A DNA stretch of 62,951 bases, filler included, from Octopus bimaculoides (Eukaryota): NCBI RefSeq assembly GCF_001194135.2. It is 6 parts of 5 records of this genome, joined end to end, with 100 filler letters (N's around TTAATTAATTAA, not from the genome) between each part and the next. Parts side by side here need not be neighbours in the genome. Positions count along the whole stretch, not along the records: positions 43,143 to 56,610 come from NC_068985.1; positions 56,711 to 62,951 come from NC_068987.1; 4 more parts are not named here. One strand, written 5' to 3'. Position 1 is the first letter of the stretch; the number at the start of each line of letters is the position of its first letter. The position numbers and the translations under genes were made by a program. The notes beneath the pieces were generated by a model. It searched no databases, was not told the DNA's origin, and worked only from the letters and a program-made list of their open reading frames with translations. Below are positions 50,551-62,951 of this stretch, in pieces.

Positions 50551-50842
50551 CAAGATTATCCACAAGATTATCTACCATCTTTCCAACAACAATTTTGGAC
50601 ACCTTTTTGAATTCCATATGACAAAGACTCGCGGACATGCTTACAAAATCAAAAAACAACACAGCACCCATGACTTTCGGAAACATTTTTGCCAGAATTG
50701 TTGAAGCATGAACTAAACTACCCACATCAGTCGTTAGCTGTTGAGACACAACATTCAAAACTTCCATGTTTCCTGAAATCCGCCAACGCTTTATTTTTTA
50801 GTTGTAGTGCACCTAAGCACTGTATACAACAATTTTTTTTTT
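50551..50842 (+). pseudogene. CR1-type LINE 3' end
   Basis: KIIYHL...FEFHMTKTRGHAYKIKKQHSTHDFRKHF-ARIVEA*TKLPTSVV...FK matches the TRGH..K...R..FF..R.V..WN.LP..VV motif; follows a (CATA)n tract at 50390-50550. Confidence 0.75.
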
Positions 50843-52137
50843 TTTACATTCATACACATATATATACATGCATATACATACATACATACATATATATATA
50901 TATAATAAATAATTTATAAATATATGCATATATCCATACATATATGTACATACCTACATCTATGTACATACCTACATCTATATGTATACATACATGCATA
51001 TATGGGTACAGGACATCAAAAAACGTTAAACACAATGAGAAACGAAAACATAAAAGCGAAAACAGAAAACGAACTTTTTTCGAACAACGAAAAAAACAGA
51101 GAAACGAGACATGCAACATAAAGAGTATGCCCCTTCGTCATACATACATATTTATATATCATACAGAGATACATACATACATATCTATGTGGAGCAAAGT
51201 ATCGCTGAATTTGAGTTCGTGGGGAGAGAAAGCAAATTTTTAATTCATACACTACAAATGATTACGATATCTGAGTCTATAAAAAAATCTGCAACACCAT
51301 CTTAAGATTTAAATGATGATAAACAAAGCAAGATTCTTTCCTTCACAACCTTCCTACCAAGCAGGTGGCCGGTCAAAATTTATTCTAAACTAAAAAGAGT
51401 AAGATAAGGTACATACATACATACATACATGCATACATACATACATACATACATACATAGACACACAAAAGGGAGACACATGCAATAAGGGTTTGCCCTG
51501 TTTCTGATCAACAAAGAAGATATGAATTTGTCTTCTACCAATTTTATCTTTCCCTTTCCTTAACCATCAAATGTAAAATCTGCACAGCAAGCTAAAAAAA
51601 AAAAAGATCAAAAATACTACGAAACCAACTGTAATCAGTCACAACTATAAGCCTACCTACAAACAAATTTCAAATACCTAAAGTCTTAGATACCATTTCA
51701 CTTTGAAAGTTAGCTGAACAGTGCAAGGGTCACGAAAACAGATGTTACATACGTTACACACTAGTACAAAGTTGTTCATGTTGACGAGATTATGTCTCCG
51801 TTTCGAGTAGATATTTATTTAAGAGAAGATAATCCCAGCTATTATTAGGAAAATGCTTGAACTATGCATAAATTCTATCTATGTTTATAATCACACAGTG
51901 GTAAGCACACAAAATACACACTCACTCAGAGTGAGGGAGACGAACAAACAGTGTTATGAAACAACAAGACATGTAATTAAATGAGTTGATACTAATGTCA
52001 CAGTATACACACAGTTTAAACACGAAGAAAAATATTTTAAATAAGTATAATATCTTACAATCTTCAAATGTATCTAACATAACTACACACACACGCACAC
52101 ACACACACACCCACACACCCACACACCCATACACAAT

Positions 52138-52250
52138 TTCTTTCAGTTCTGTTTACCAAATTCACTCACTCAAGGTGTTAGGCAGCGAGACTAAACCAGG
52201 AACCACGTGTTTGGGAAACAAACTACTGACCACACGGCCACGCCTCCATA
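52138..52250 (-). mobile_element. SINE family B, degraded head
   Basis: tttcagttctgtttaccaaattcactcactcaagg...gactaaaccaggaaccacgtgtttgggaaacaaactactgaccacacggcc. Confidence 0.65.
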
Positions 52251-52281
52251 CATACATACATGCATATATACAAACATACAT

Positions 52282-52321
<40 letters not shown>

Positions 52322-52330
52322 GTTTATAAT

Positions 52331-52551
52331 GTGGCGAGCATAACGGCATTTCGTCCGTCTTTATGTTATGAGTTCAACTTCCGCAAGGTCGTCCTTTGCA
52401 TGTTATCCTCTTGAGGTCGATATATTCAGTACCACTTGAGCACGGAGGTCAATGTAATCGACTAGCCTCTTCTCTGCGGAATTTGAACTCAGAACATAAA
52501 GACGGACGAAAGTGTTTTGCCCGGCGTGCTAGCGATGCTGTCAGCTCGCTG
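52331..52551. mobile_element. Two family A segments in inverted arrangement
   Basis: Plus copy 52331-52474 followed by a minus head segment 52476-52551. Confidence 0.8.
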
Positions 52552-54083
52552 AATTTATCATACTAATTAAATCAAACAAGCAATAATGATGTGTTTTGTA
52601 ATCTACAATGTCCCACCCGTGTGTAAATTTAAACATTTTTAGTATTTTTTCATTCATTGTTTTGTCAGTGGGATATGTGAATAACTAACAGAAATACTCT
52701 TCCTAAGGGAGAAAGCTATCCTGTAGATTTCCTCTTAAAAAGCTTCCTGTAATTGCCGTTGGTGATGGCTGCACTTTTAAGAGACCGACAAATAACAAGT
52801 TTTGAAACTGTAATTAGTAAAATTAAGGATAAATGAATTAATAACCATATTGATGATGAAGTTTATAATGACGATTCTAGCAATATTCAATTATGCATTT
52901 TTCTATCTTTCATCCATTATCTATCAGCAATAATAATATAAGAGGAGTATAAGGAAGTTCGTTAAATATCGCAAGAGGGGAATATGGAGGAGTAATAGAA
53001 AGGAAGCGGAACAAGAGTTTTATAAGACCTACAGCGAATTGAAGATAAGTCTGATGTTGTTCTTGAACTCCAGCTCAGCCTTGATTGAGCTAACCTTTGA
53101 TTTAAGGCATTCCGGCCATACCCGTCACTTCATTCTCCTAACTAGAGTGCACCCAGGATAATATTATCGAAATTGTCTTCTATTGCGGTTGGGGGTGATT
53201 TAAGAGAGAAGTGATTGTTATTTTTACCCAATCAAGCGACCGCGTATAGGCTCCATAGTTAAGAGAAGTAATTGGACAAAAGAATGAAAAATAGGAGTAA
53301 GACTTGCAACTAGATCGAAGAAATGGAAGGAGCGAGAAGCAGACAGAGAATGACGCACGAATGGTTATACAATTTGTGGACAGCGTATAATCATCTTACT
53401 GTTGATTGCACAAAGTAGCATTTACGTAACAGTTGTATGCCTGCCTTTGAGAGCGTGAAGAATATGGATGACTGTGTTTCATCTACGTGTGAATATCTGA
53501 TGCACATTCACGCACATCTGTCTCTCCCAATATACAAATATACAAATATACAGAGACACACAGAGAGAAATTGATGAAGTGGAGATAGACAGGAAAGAGA
53601 AAAATTACGTAACACATCTAAAATAAATTTGGAAGTTATTAATAACCCTTCTGAAAAAAGATACATGTCCTACAACCAAAGGAACCATACATGCTTTCTT
53701 AGGCAGACAGCTATACAAGAAGACTAGAAGACTAATGACTTATATATGATTAATTAATTCGTATACTTTGTGATAAGTAACGTTCAATAACTTACGGTTC
53801 AATAACTTCAATAATAACATCTCAAAATGATTTATTCTGGATATTGACTGATATGTAATTAGGTTAGCTGGCAGAGCAGGTGTGGTTTTGATTGAATCAA
53901 AATTAATTGTAATTTCTCATAGTGGAAAATGTGATCCTTTCTGTTGCTGAACTTTGCGTGCATCTTTCTCATGCTTACAGTTTCATAACAAGGCTTTGAC
54001 AGATAGATATTATTATAGGTATGTATATGTACATATACATATTGAATATAATTATGTATGTAGGTATGTATCTATGTATACAC

Positions 54084-54128
<45 letters not shown>

Positions 54129-54557
54129 AACATACATATNNNNNNNNNNNNNNNNNNNNNNNNNNNNNNNNNNNNNNNNNNNNNNNNNNNNATCAAGTAG
54201 TTAGCGTGAAAAAACCTCATAAGGGAAAAAATTATTAATTATTCTCTATGAATATATTTATTTATATTAAGGGCATTACTATACATAAATGCCTCACGCT
54301 AGAAGGGACTCTAAAAGTCAAACTACCATAATAAACACATTTTTACCGGACGCAAGGGAATGCAATTCTCGAAGTGATCCTCCTAAAAACAGACTTAACA
54401 GTAATATCATGATATCGTAATCAGCGCAGTAATTTGCACTCTTTACTCTTCAGTACACGTATAGTCAAGACACATAAAAATAAACAAAAAAATCAACATA
54501 CCAGAAGAACACTCCATGTATCCAGCATAGTACATAGAACATTGTTTATCCTTATAT

Positions 54558-54654
54558 ATGTATGTATGTATGTATGCATGTATGTATGTATGTATGTATG
54601 TATGTATGTATGTATGTATGTATGTATGTATGTATGTATGTATGTATGTATGTA
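54558..54654. repeat. (TATG)n microsatellite
   Basis: Near-pure run directly abutting the 3' end of the minus-strand RLE LINE; a second run at 55047-55074 abuts its 5' end. Confidence 0.95.
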
Positions 54655-54661
54655 TTTATGT

Positions 54662-55046
54662 AATCAGTTTTATTTCAAGATTTTTTGCCAATAGAGAGAG
54701 TCGGTTTCTAACCTATATCCAAGGCTCCTTCATTGAAATTTCTACATCAACAATAGGGTATTTTTGTTTGCATGTGTGTATACGTGCAGATTTGTATGTT
54801 TTGCTTTATGTATGAAATTCTCATACATATAGTTGCATATCTAGACATGCTCATATAATATTTAAAGGATAAACTTCCGAGAAGTTTTACAGATTTTTAC
54901 AGTTCCAATGATGGATTGGATCAGTAGTTTTCGAATTAGCTTCTTCTTTCTCGTTTTGAGAAGCCTAATTCTTCAAGATTGGTATATAGGCAGTGTGTTA
55001 CATAACCCAATCTTAGTCTTAAGAGGTCTTGGGGCTCTAACTGCAG
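54662..55046 (-). mobile_element. 5'-truncated copy of the R4/Dong-like LINE
   Basis: Minus strand encodes LGYVTHCLYTNLEELGF...KLIRKLLIQSIIGTVKICKT, then the same 3' UTR (gaaggagccttggatataggttagaaaccgactc...ttggcaa...ttgaaataaaac) as 35900-36160. Confidence 0.88.
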
Positions 55047-55491
55047 TATGTATGTATGTATGTATGTATGTATGCTTACGAATAGGAAATATGTCAAGTC
55101 GAAACACTGTTCAAGTGGTCAAGAATTTTGGGGTATCACAAGATCACGTGTCTGTTGAATGTTTTTATATGACATCAACATCGAGATAATGCGGGAGGAT
55201 GAGAGAAGAGCAGATCTAGAAAGAGAAAAACGAAAAGAAAATTGTTTTTTGTGTCTGTGGTTAAGTTTGCGTATGTCTGCGTGCGTGCACATGAAAGTGA
55301 AAGAGAAGAAAATAAAAGGGAGTCCACGAACAAAGAAATAAATTCTTCAAAAATGTGTAAATGCCGCATAAAAGGCACAGAAACTGTTTGGTATTAGACT
55401 AGGGCTGTTTTTTTTTATCGTTTTAGTGCCAGGGGATCATGAAATTCTGTTTGCATGTCTACGAGCCAGCGTGCGTGCGTGCGTGCGTTCA

Positions 55492-55568
<77 letters not shown>

Positions 55569-56144
55569 TGTGTGTGTTTCTATCTGTGCTTACTTGTATG
55601 TGTGTATGTTAGTATGTGACCATTTCTAATTTCAGAGGAGGAACGTCTACGCCAATATCTGACCTTAACCAATCAGATGACATTTCCGGTGTCTTGCTTT
55701 CATTATCAACTTCGCGCCGCCATATCTACACCCTTGTAACTTTTGATGGAAACCAGACACATTTGATACTAGTAGTGTCTTTCTCTGCCCCCTTTATCCC
55801 CGCCTGCACTCGTCTGTGGCCTGTCCAGTTACTGGACTTTTTGTATGTTACTCCCAATCTTTTAACCATTGTCACTCTCTGTTCCATCGACCCTTCTTTC
55901 AAAAATTCTTACTCACTTTTCTCTTCTCTTCGTCTGTTTCATGTCTAAATGTTTGTCGCCAATTGTGATATATTTTCTCCTTTTCTTCTTAATTCCTACT
56001 CTGCTATGCGCGTCTGTACACACACTCAAATTCACAGTTTCATTGTCTGTCCGTCTCTTATGTGTCTGTCTGTCTTTCTCCCTCTCTCTCTCTCTCCTCT
56101 CTCTCTATATATATATGCGCGCGCGTGTATGTGAGAGTGTGTGC

Positions 56145-56183
<39 letters not shown>

Positions 56184-56363
56184 TACATACTCACACATAC
56201 ATACACGTATATATATGGCAATCATCAAATACATGATGTGTACGAAATTGTTGTCCTTTGAAACGCTCTTCTAGCTTTTTGTCGATTAAAGATAAAAAAT
56301 ATATACATATACTCAGAGATCAAGTTCTGTTTAATATGTTCATTCCACTATATATGAGTACGT

Positions 56364-56610
56364 ATAGGCGTAGGAGTAGCTGTGTGGTAAGTAGCTTGCT
56401 TACCAACCACATGGTTCCGGGTTCAGTCCCACTGCGTGGCACCTTGGGCAACTGTCTTCTACTATAGCCTCGGGCCGACCAAAGCCTTGTGAGTGGATTT
56501 GGTAGACGGAAACTGAAAGAAGCCCGTCGTATATATGTATATATATATGTATGTGTGTGTATATGTTTGCGTGTCTGTGTTTGTCCCCCAAACATCGCTT
56601 GACAGCCGAT
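56364..56610 (+). mobile_element. SINE family B, near-consensus 5' half, cut by a spacer
   Basis: ataggcgtaggagtagctgtgtggtaag...ccgggttcagtcccactgcgtggcaccttgggcaac...gaaactgaaagaagcccgtcg. Confidence 0.92.
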
Positions 56611-56852
56611 NNNNNNNNNNNNNNNNNNNNNNNNNNNNNNNNNNNNNNNNNNNNTTAATTAATTAANNNNNNNNNNNNNNNNNNNNNNNNNNNNNNNNNN
56701 NNNNNNNNNNGATTACATTCACATGTCTCGGTATAAAAGACAGTCTACAACAAAAATTCTGCTCAATACCACAGATTTGCTTGTCAGTTGTTTGATCTAA
56801 ACCAGTTGAGCATGTTCCTTGGTGGGAAATAATAATAATAATAATAATAATA

Positions 56853-56911
<59 letters not shown>

Positions 56912-57062
56912 GTCGGAGAAATTGGATTCGACATGAATGTAGAGCTTGCTCAAAGACTGCTCTATTGAAAAGGGAGAGAATTTTGACATTGTTATTTGGG
57001 TGACAATTATCATCCGCAGTATTTAGCATCAAGGTCCTAAGTCTTATAATTCGTGGTAAGTG

Positions 57063-57184
57063 GAGAAGAAGAAAGAGAAGAAGAAGAAGAAGAAGAAGAA
57101 GAAGAAGAAGAAGAAGAAGAAGAAGAAGAAGAAGAAGAAGAAGAAGAAGAAGAAGAAGAAGAAGAAGAAGAAGAAGAAGAAGAA
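57063..57184. repeat. (AAG)n microsatellite
   Basis: Near-pure run. Confidence 0.95.
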
Positions 57185-57244
57185 TGTCATTGATTGAATG
57201 AACTACGAAAACATCGACATCTTCCAGAGAAAGAAAAATGTTAA

Positions 57245-57460
57245 ATGAAAAGGGAAGAAAAACATCAGGAATTAGAACGTAGATACAGGATAAAGAAAAT
57301 GGGGCTTAATGTAGTTCTTGAAGGGCTAAAACAAAGATTATAGGCTAAAGTGTCAAAGATCGCGTGATATGACCAACCAATTGAACAATATAAATTAAAC
57401 ATATGTTCCAACAAGACCCGAATGGAAAGTTTACATCAGTGAGAGGACAGACGCTGAAGA
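57245..57460 (+). pseudogene. R4/Dong-like LINE, fragment upstream of the RT domain
   Basis: ELERRYRIKKMGLNVVLEGLKQRL*AKVSKIA*YDQPIEQYK resembles the EELKQR..AK..KI.RY..R..Q segment preceding RT in these elements. Confidence 0.6.
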
Positions 57461-57479
57461 AGGCAAAAGGTTTAGGAGT

Positions 57480-58310
57480 AACATCTGGAAAACGGGAAGG
57501 TATGCCTTCCTTTCCTCTCACTTGTGTGACTGGGTTCAATAACCTGCTGTAGCGTTGGTATTTGTTGCGAATAGGACAACCATTACATCGGTTCCGCTAA
57601 CTCCTTTGGTTCGCTTTCCCCAAATCTCTTTTTCAGATGGTTCTTGTGACTCTTTTGTATGCCTTTTCTACTTTTTTTTAGCCTATGCATCATGTTACAT
57701 ATGCCTTTGTTAATTACGCCATTTTCTCAACTCTGCTTTTAATTCTTGTATGCCCTCATATACATCTTTTCACCAACTTCGAGGAATCTTGTTATGTCTG
57801 GCACTTTTCTTTTTATGGCCATGTAACAAGTGTAACAATTTATCAAAGACTCTTTTTACGGTCCTGGCAAACATCAGCTCCGCTGGTGACCTACCTACTG
57901 GTGTATTCGCGTTCGATATCACGTGTTGCATCCTTAAAAATTATAGAGGTACCTTCTCCGGGACTTCCTTATTCGATTTTCTAAGGGCTCATTTGAAGGT
58001 ATCGACAAAGCGTTCTGCCAGTCGATTACATCCGGAATGGTATGGCACCGTAGTTATATGTTCTACCGTGAATGTTCCAGAAGACATTTTAATTCTCTAG
58101 ACACAATTTGTTCCATTGTCACATACTATATTGTCCGGGATGACACATCTTAGAAACAGTTCATGTAACAAATTTAACACAGTTGAAAAGGTTGGTTTTT
58201 ACACTTACACATTTCTGGCCATTCCGAGAAGCTGTCAGATAACAGTAAGTTGTAATAGCCGTTTAAAAGTCCAGCAAAATCGATGTGTAGTCTCGACCAC
58301 GGTATATCTA
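57480..58310 (-). pseudogene. Ty3/Gypsy LTR retrotransposon integrase remnant
   Basis: Minus strand PWSRLHIDFAG...DSFSEWPE...PDNIVCDNG...PYHSGCNRLAERFVDTFK...SPAELMFAR, with frameshifts and stops; no LTR identified. Confidence 0.85.
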
Positions 58311-58492
58311 CTTATGAACAAAGTTTAATTTTTAATGTGCGCAATTTTTCATTTCGTTTTGGATTACATACAGGTGTTCACCTCTGCTTTACTACAATTT
58401 TTTTTTTTTAAATATACACAGAGAGACACCAGGCACACACAGACAAATGCTGCAGTAGTTTATTCTCATTTTTCACCTCATGTCAGAAATAC

Positions 58493-58704
58493 TGTTTTCA
58501 AATTTTGGTACAAGGCCAGAAATTTCAGGGCAGAAAGTAAGTCGATTACATGGACCGCAGTGTTCAACTGGTAGTTATTTTCTTTACTCCAAAAGGATGA
58601 AAGGCAAAACTGACCCCGTTGGAATTTGAAATCAGAACGTAAAGATAAACGAAAGCCGCGAAACATTTTGCCGGCGTGTGAACTATTCCACCAGTTCACC
58701 GTCA
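58493..58704 (-). mobile_element. SINE family A, diverged full length
   Basis: ttcaaattttggtacaaggccagaaatt...aagtcgattaca...aaaggatgaaaggcaaaactgacc...gaatttgaaatcagaacgtaaag. Confidence 0.8.
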
Positions 58705-59761
58705 TTTTTCCAGGTATTAATTAATATTTATTCCAAGTGTTTGTTATTCAGTGTATTGCATGTCGTGATGTTGAATACTCCAGTCGGCGTATGTGATTTT
58801 CCTACATACAATACATTCCACATTGTTCTATAGTGCTTGCCACCAACTACACGTTGGTTCAATTAGAATCTTTGAAACAAGCTGGTGCTAAGATCTCTGT
58901 TCTTCTTTTATTCCTTATATTGATATATCATTATCAAATTGTTCAGAGAGGCATTAACTACGAATGTATTATAGGCATATATAACATTTTGTGAAATAAT
59001 TCTACCATTAATAGACAGACGTAAGCCAGGTTAATTGTATTGGTAGGTACGTATTGTAGTGATTTATATAAGGTAAACATAAAGGTAAAAATGTACGATT
59101 GGGATTACACGAAGAAAACATAATGCTACACACTCAAGTTGAAAGTAATATCTTTTCAAAATTTGCTGTTGAAAGCGGAAGAAAAAGAACAGAAGTAGAA
59201 TTACTTTATCAGCTGTTGTCATCAAATTAAATGGAGAAAGCCATTACACATTTCCTTGATCTCATTACAAGTTCGGGGATTACAGAGAGTCTAGCGTTCT
59301 TAGTAATCATGGAATAATCATATTTAGCAATGCCAAAACGCCTGAAGTTTTACGCAGAGTATATTTGGTTATACTATTATTGGTGGTGTTTTTGTTGTTG
59401 TTGCTATTATTATTATCATTATTATTTGTAGAAATAGTAGTAGTAGTTGGAGGAAGAGATATATGGAACCCTGTACTCATTTAGTTGTTTGTATGTATGT
59501 ATGTATGTATGTATGTATGTATATATNNNNNNNNNNNNNNNNNNNNNNNNNNNNNNNNNNNNNNNNNNNNNNNNNNNNNNNNNNNNNNNNNNNNNNNNNN
59601 NNNNNNNNNNNNNNNNNNNNNNNNNNNNNNNNNNNNNNNNNNNNNNNNNNNNNNATATATATAAGAATCTCTCTACCTATCTCTCATTCTCTCTCTCTCT
59701 TTCTCCCGCTCTCTTTCTCTCTCTCTCTCTATATATATATATGTGCGTGTGTGTGTATGTG

Positions 59762-59793
<32 letters not shown>

Positions 59794-60371
59794 AGTGCGC
59801 GCGCGTGTGTATGTGTGTGTGTATTTACAGTGAGAAGAAAGAGAGAAAGTGCAAAAAAGAGAAGTGATCAGACGCTAAACTTTTGTTGGAAAATAGGATT
59901 TACTTCGTGCCTTGTCAGCGTTGCAAGATTTAAAGCAGTAGGCATTCTTGTCTATGATGATTTAATCATGGCACTGGAAATAATATACATGTTAGTCTAC
60001 TTCCACTTAGCTTTCTCCTGCAGCAAATCCGACAAATGTACGTTAGTTTTCGGTGGAAATGTGCAGCAGATTCTAATTATATTTTCTAACAACGTACCAT
60101 TGTGGTGATGTTAGTTGCGACTACAATGAACTTCCAATCATTAAAAATGAAACTAAATGCACTATATCCATCAGTTTATTCATGCAGCTGGGAGCATGTC
60201 TGTAAATCCAATACCACACACTGATGCCACTACGCATATAATAGAATACACTCACCTATCATACATATATCACGTATTTACAATCCGATCAAGTGGTAAT
60301 GATATTTTTTTGTAAATGACATAGTGTTTATACATTTATTCATTGAAATTTAAGGCTGAACAATCACGCCA

Positions 60372-60886
60372 GAATGGATGTATGGTAAGAGTTTTGCTTG
60401 CTAACCACATGGTTGCCGGTTCAGTCCCACTGCGGGGAACCTTCGGCAAGTGTCTTTTATTATAGCCTCGGACAGACCAAACATTTTTGAGTGGATGTGG
60501 AAGACGAAATTTGAAAGAAGCCCCTCGTATATATGCATATATCTGTGTGTGTGTGTGATGGACTCTCCCGTTGAAGAAGACTATGAGTGTTCAGATGTTG
60601 CCGAACAACCTGCACAAATGATTGTTTATAGTGATTAAATGTATTATGTGCTGTACATTAGCTCACTCCCTCCATCAAATCGACGTTGTCTGAGCAGGTG
60701 GACAGTGTACCACGCGTCAGAGGCCGAAGTGATTGCAGAACAACGCGAGATGAAATGGTTTGACCAAGAACACAATGCTCCAACCGGTCTAGGAAGTGAA
60801 ACCATGATCTTGCGATCGTGAGTGCAACACAGGTAAAATATGTCCCGCGTCCTGAAATGTGTGTTTGTGTGTGTTTATGTGTGTGT

Positions 60887-60928
<42 letters not shown>

Positions 60929-61130
60929 ATGTATGTAGTTGTCTGTCATCTACCTCCGGTGTGTTTGCGTCACAGCGACCTAGCGTTTCAGCAAAAGTGT
61001 CCAATAGAATATGCTCCAGCTTTTAAAACTTAGTACTGCAGTCGATTCATTCGGTTAAAAAAAATCCCATGGTCGTGCCCCAGTATGGCCGCAATCTAAT
61101 AACTGATGCATGTGAAAGATAAACGGTAAA
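60372..61130 (+). mobile_element. SINE family B interrupted by a nested tRNA/CORE-like SINE (about 60640-60830, minus strand)
   Basis: Head and core 60372-60530, tail 60955-61130; the intervening minus-strand segment reads gatcgcaagatcatggtttcacttcctagaccg...tgtgttcttggtcaaaccatttcatctcgcgttg. Confidence 0.65.
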
Positions 61131-62260
61131 GGATGAAAGATAATATAAAGATACATATATATATACTTCACGTTCAAGGGCAACGCATCCACAAAACTCA
61201 TCTATCACCCACGTTCTATACTCAGCCAATACACGAGGTACTGTGTTGTCACTTGCGTTGAATTGTCCATATAATTCGCAACATGAATACTTCATCTCTT
61301 AAGATGATATTCCAAATGTTAACATATTGATTTGTTTTTAATTTACATGTTTTAGCACTGTGGGCTAAATGTGAACTCTCGCTACGGTATTTACATGCGT
61401 TGAAACGGACAAGTTGGTGTAGTCTTCCACTGAATAAATATGGCAGTGTGTTAATAAATATGTTAATTCCTGTCTCACTTAACACATTATACTTAGCAAT
61501 TTGCTGGGGGTTTTTTTCCGTGCAACCACATTCTGGTTTAATCTTGCACATGGAAGGCTAATCATGTACGTTTCATCTATTTTGTTTTTCAGACATTTTC
61601 GGCCATATTTCTCTCCTTTTATAAAGGCAATAGATTGTGATTTAGAAATTAACTCCATTTTCTCTTCTAAGAAGTCAAATATATTGATACGATGGTCAGT
61701 CTTGAGACAAATACTATTAAGCTTAGCATTTTATACGGGAATGATGTCTAGACTTCACTGTTCTACGATCGAAAATTAAATACAAGTACAAACCGCAGCC
61801 ATAAATTTTCTGTCGGACAAGCACTAAAGTAATTAAATCTAGTATTAATTTAATTTCTTAAAGTCTTCCACGTAAATATATTCTAAAAACAGGATACGTG
61901 AACGTTATTGAATTCCTTACATGAAATCCAAATTAGCGAAACGTAAGATATGGTGAAATATATTCAATCAAAAGACATATGCAAGGAAACGACACCGATA
62001 GTCGATACATTGTAGTTTGCAAGTATCGCAGTAGCTTAAGTGCAGTGTATTGTGGTCAGTATATAAGATAATTGAAGACTTGCAAAATATCATGACTTAT
62101 ATCAAAAATGGTTAGGAGCAGGTTTTCTCTTTAAGTAGATTAGAGGCATACATGAAGGAGGTTGTGTTAAAATACACTGCACACGACTGAGCATTCGCCG
62201 CGCACACACACAGATCGTGAAATATATGAACATATAAATATATTATGTTATATATTTGTT

Positions 62261-62298
<38 letters not shown>

Positions 62299-62504
62299 NN
62301 NNNNNNNNNNNNNNNNNNNNNNNNNNNNNNNNNNNNNNNNNNNNNNNNNNNNNNNNNNNNNNNNNNNNNNNNNNNNNNNNNNNNNNNNNNNNNNNNNTAT
62401 ATATATGTATATATATATATATACATGTGTGTGTGTGTCTGTGTGTGTGTTTGTGTGCGTGTGTGTGTATGTATATATACATATATATGTATATGTTTCC
62501 TCTC

Positions 62505-62758
62505 TTCTCTTTTCCTTTCGTTGCTCACCTATTCCTCTACTTCGTCCCTTTGCTTCTCCCTCTACCACTCTCCCTCTTCCCCTCGTTCTGACTCTTTACT
62601 ACTACGTATCTCGCTTTACCCCTCTCGTTCTTCCTCTGTTACTACTACGTATCTCTTTTTTCCCCATCGTACTTCCTCTCTTTCTCTTTTCCTCTCGTTG
62701 CTCACCTATTCTTCTACTTCCTCCATTTGTTTTTCCCTCTGCCACTCTCTCTCTTCCC
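62505..62758 (+). repeat. Pyrimidine-rich direct repeat, two units of about 75 bp
   Basis: tcttttcct(t/c)tcgttgctcacctattc(c/t)tctacttc at about 62505 and 62684. Confidence 0.75.
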
Positions 62759-62951
62759 TTTACACCGGCATGGTCACATGCTTTCGGTCAATAATCCTTT
62801 TCTTCCTTGGCTGTCGCCGAGCTAACACGCGAACCACTTTGTCCCCACTTTCAAGTCCGTGCCTCACGGCGTTCATACACAAACAATTTTTCTCGTCTGG
62901 CCGTAAAGCATTTTCTGTTTGTCTTCCTGTCTTGTTTTTTGTCCGCCACGA

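Noticed and set aside
61592-61780. Plus-strand exon after the strong acceptor TTTTGTTTTTCAG
   Set aside because: No clear donor, unrecognised peptide, and such acceptors are common in T-rich DNA.
603-62794. Long ORFs in the supplied track (poly-K/F/L/S/M/I/N; HT, VC, IY and YVCM repeats; X-filled ORFs)
   Set aside because: They are translations of microsatellites or read-through of N gaps, with no domain content.

Overview
AT-rich eukaryotic non-coding DNA from a gappy draft assembly: dense microsatellites, many N gaps and five artificial 100-bp spacers. The repeat content resembles an octopus/coleoid cephalopod genome (inference from recalled SINE families, not verified). I recognise no host protein-coding gene, rRNA, true tRNA or CRISPR array. 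Most ORFs in the supplied track are microsatellite translations or run through N gaps; the rest are transposon fragments or short unrecognised frames. The window holds three tRNA-headed SINE families in about 30 copies. It also holds decayed coding remnants of RLE-type (R4/Dong-like), RTE and CR1 LINEs, a Gypsy integrase, a DD41D Tc1/mariner element, a pogo-like element and a Chapaev-like transposase. Most notable: (1) an apparently intact minimal type I hammerhead ribozyme with a long rod-like stem II at 33384-33513 (-), plus several degenerate relatives; (2) an R4/Dong-like LINE whose two copies are both associated with (CATA)n tracts; (3) several long fold-back palindromes. Repeat boundaries were read by eye and are approximate unless motifs are quoted.
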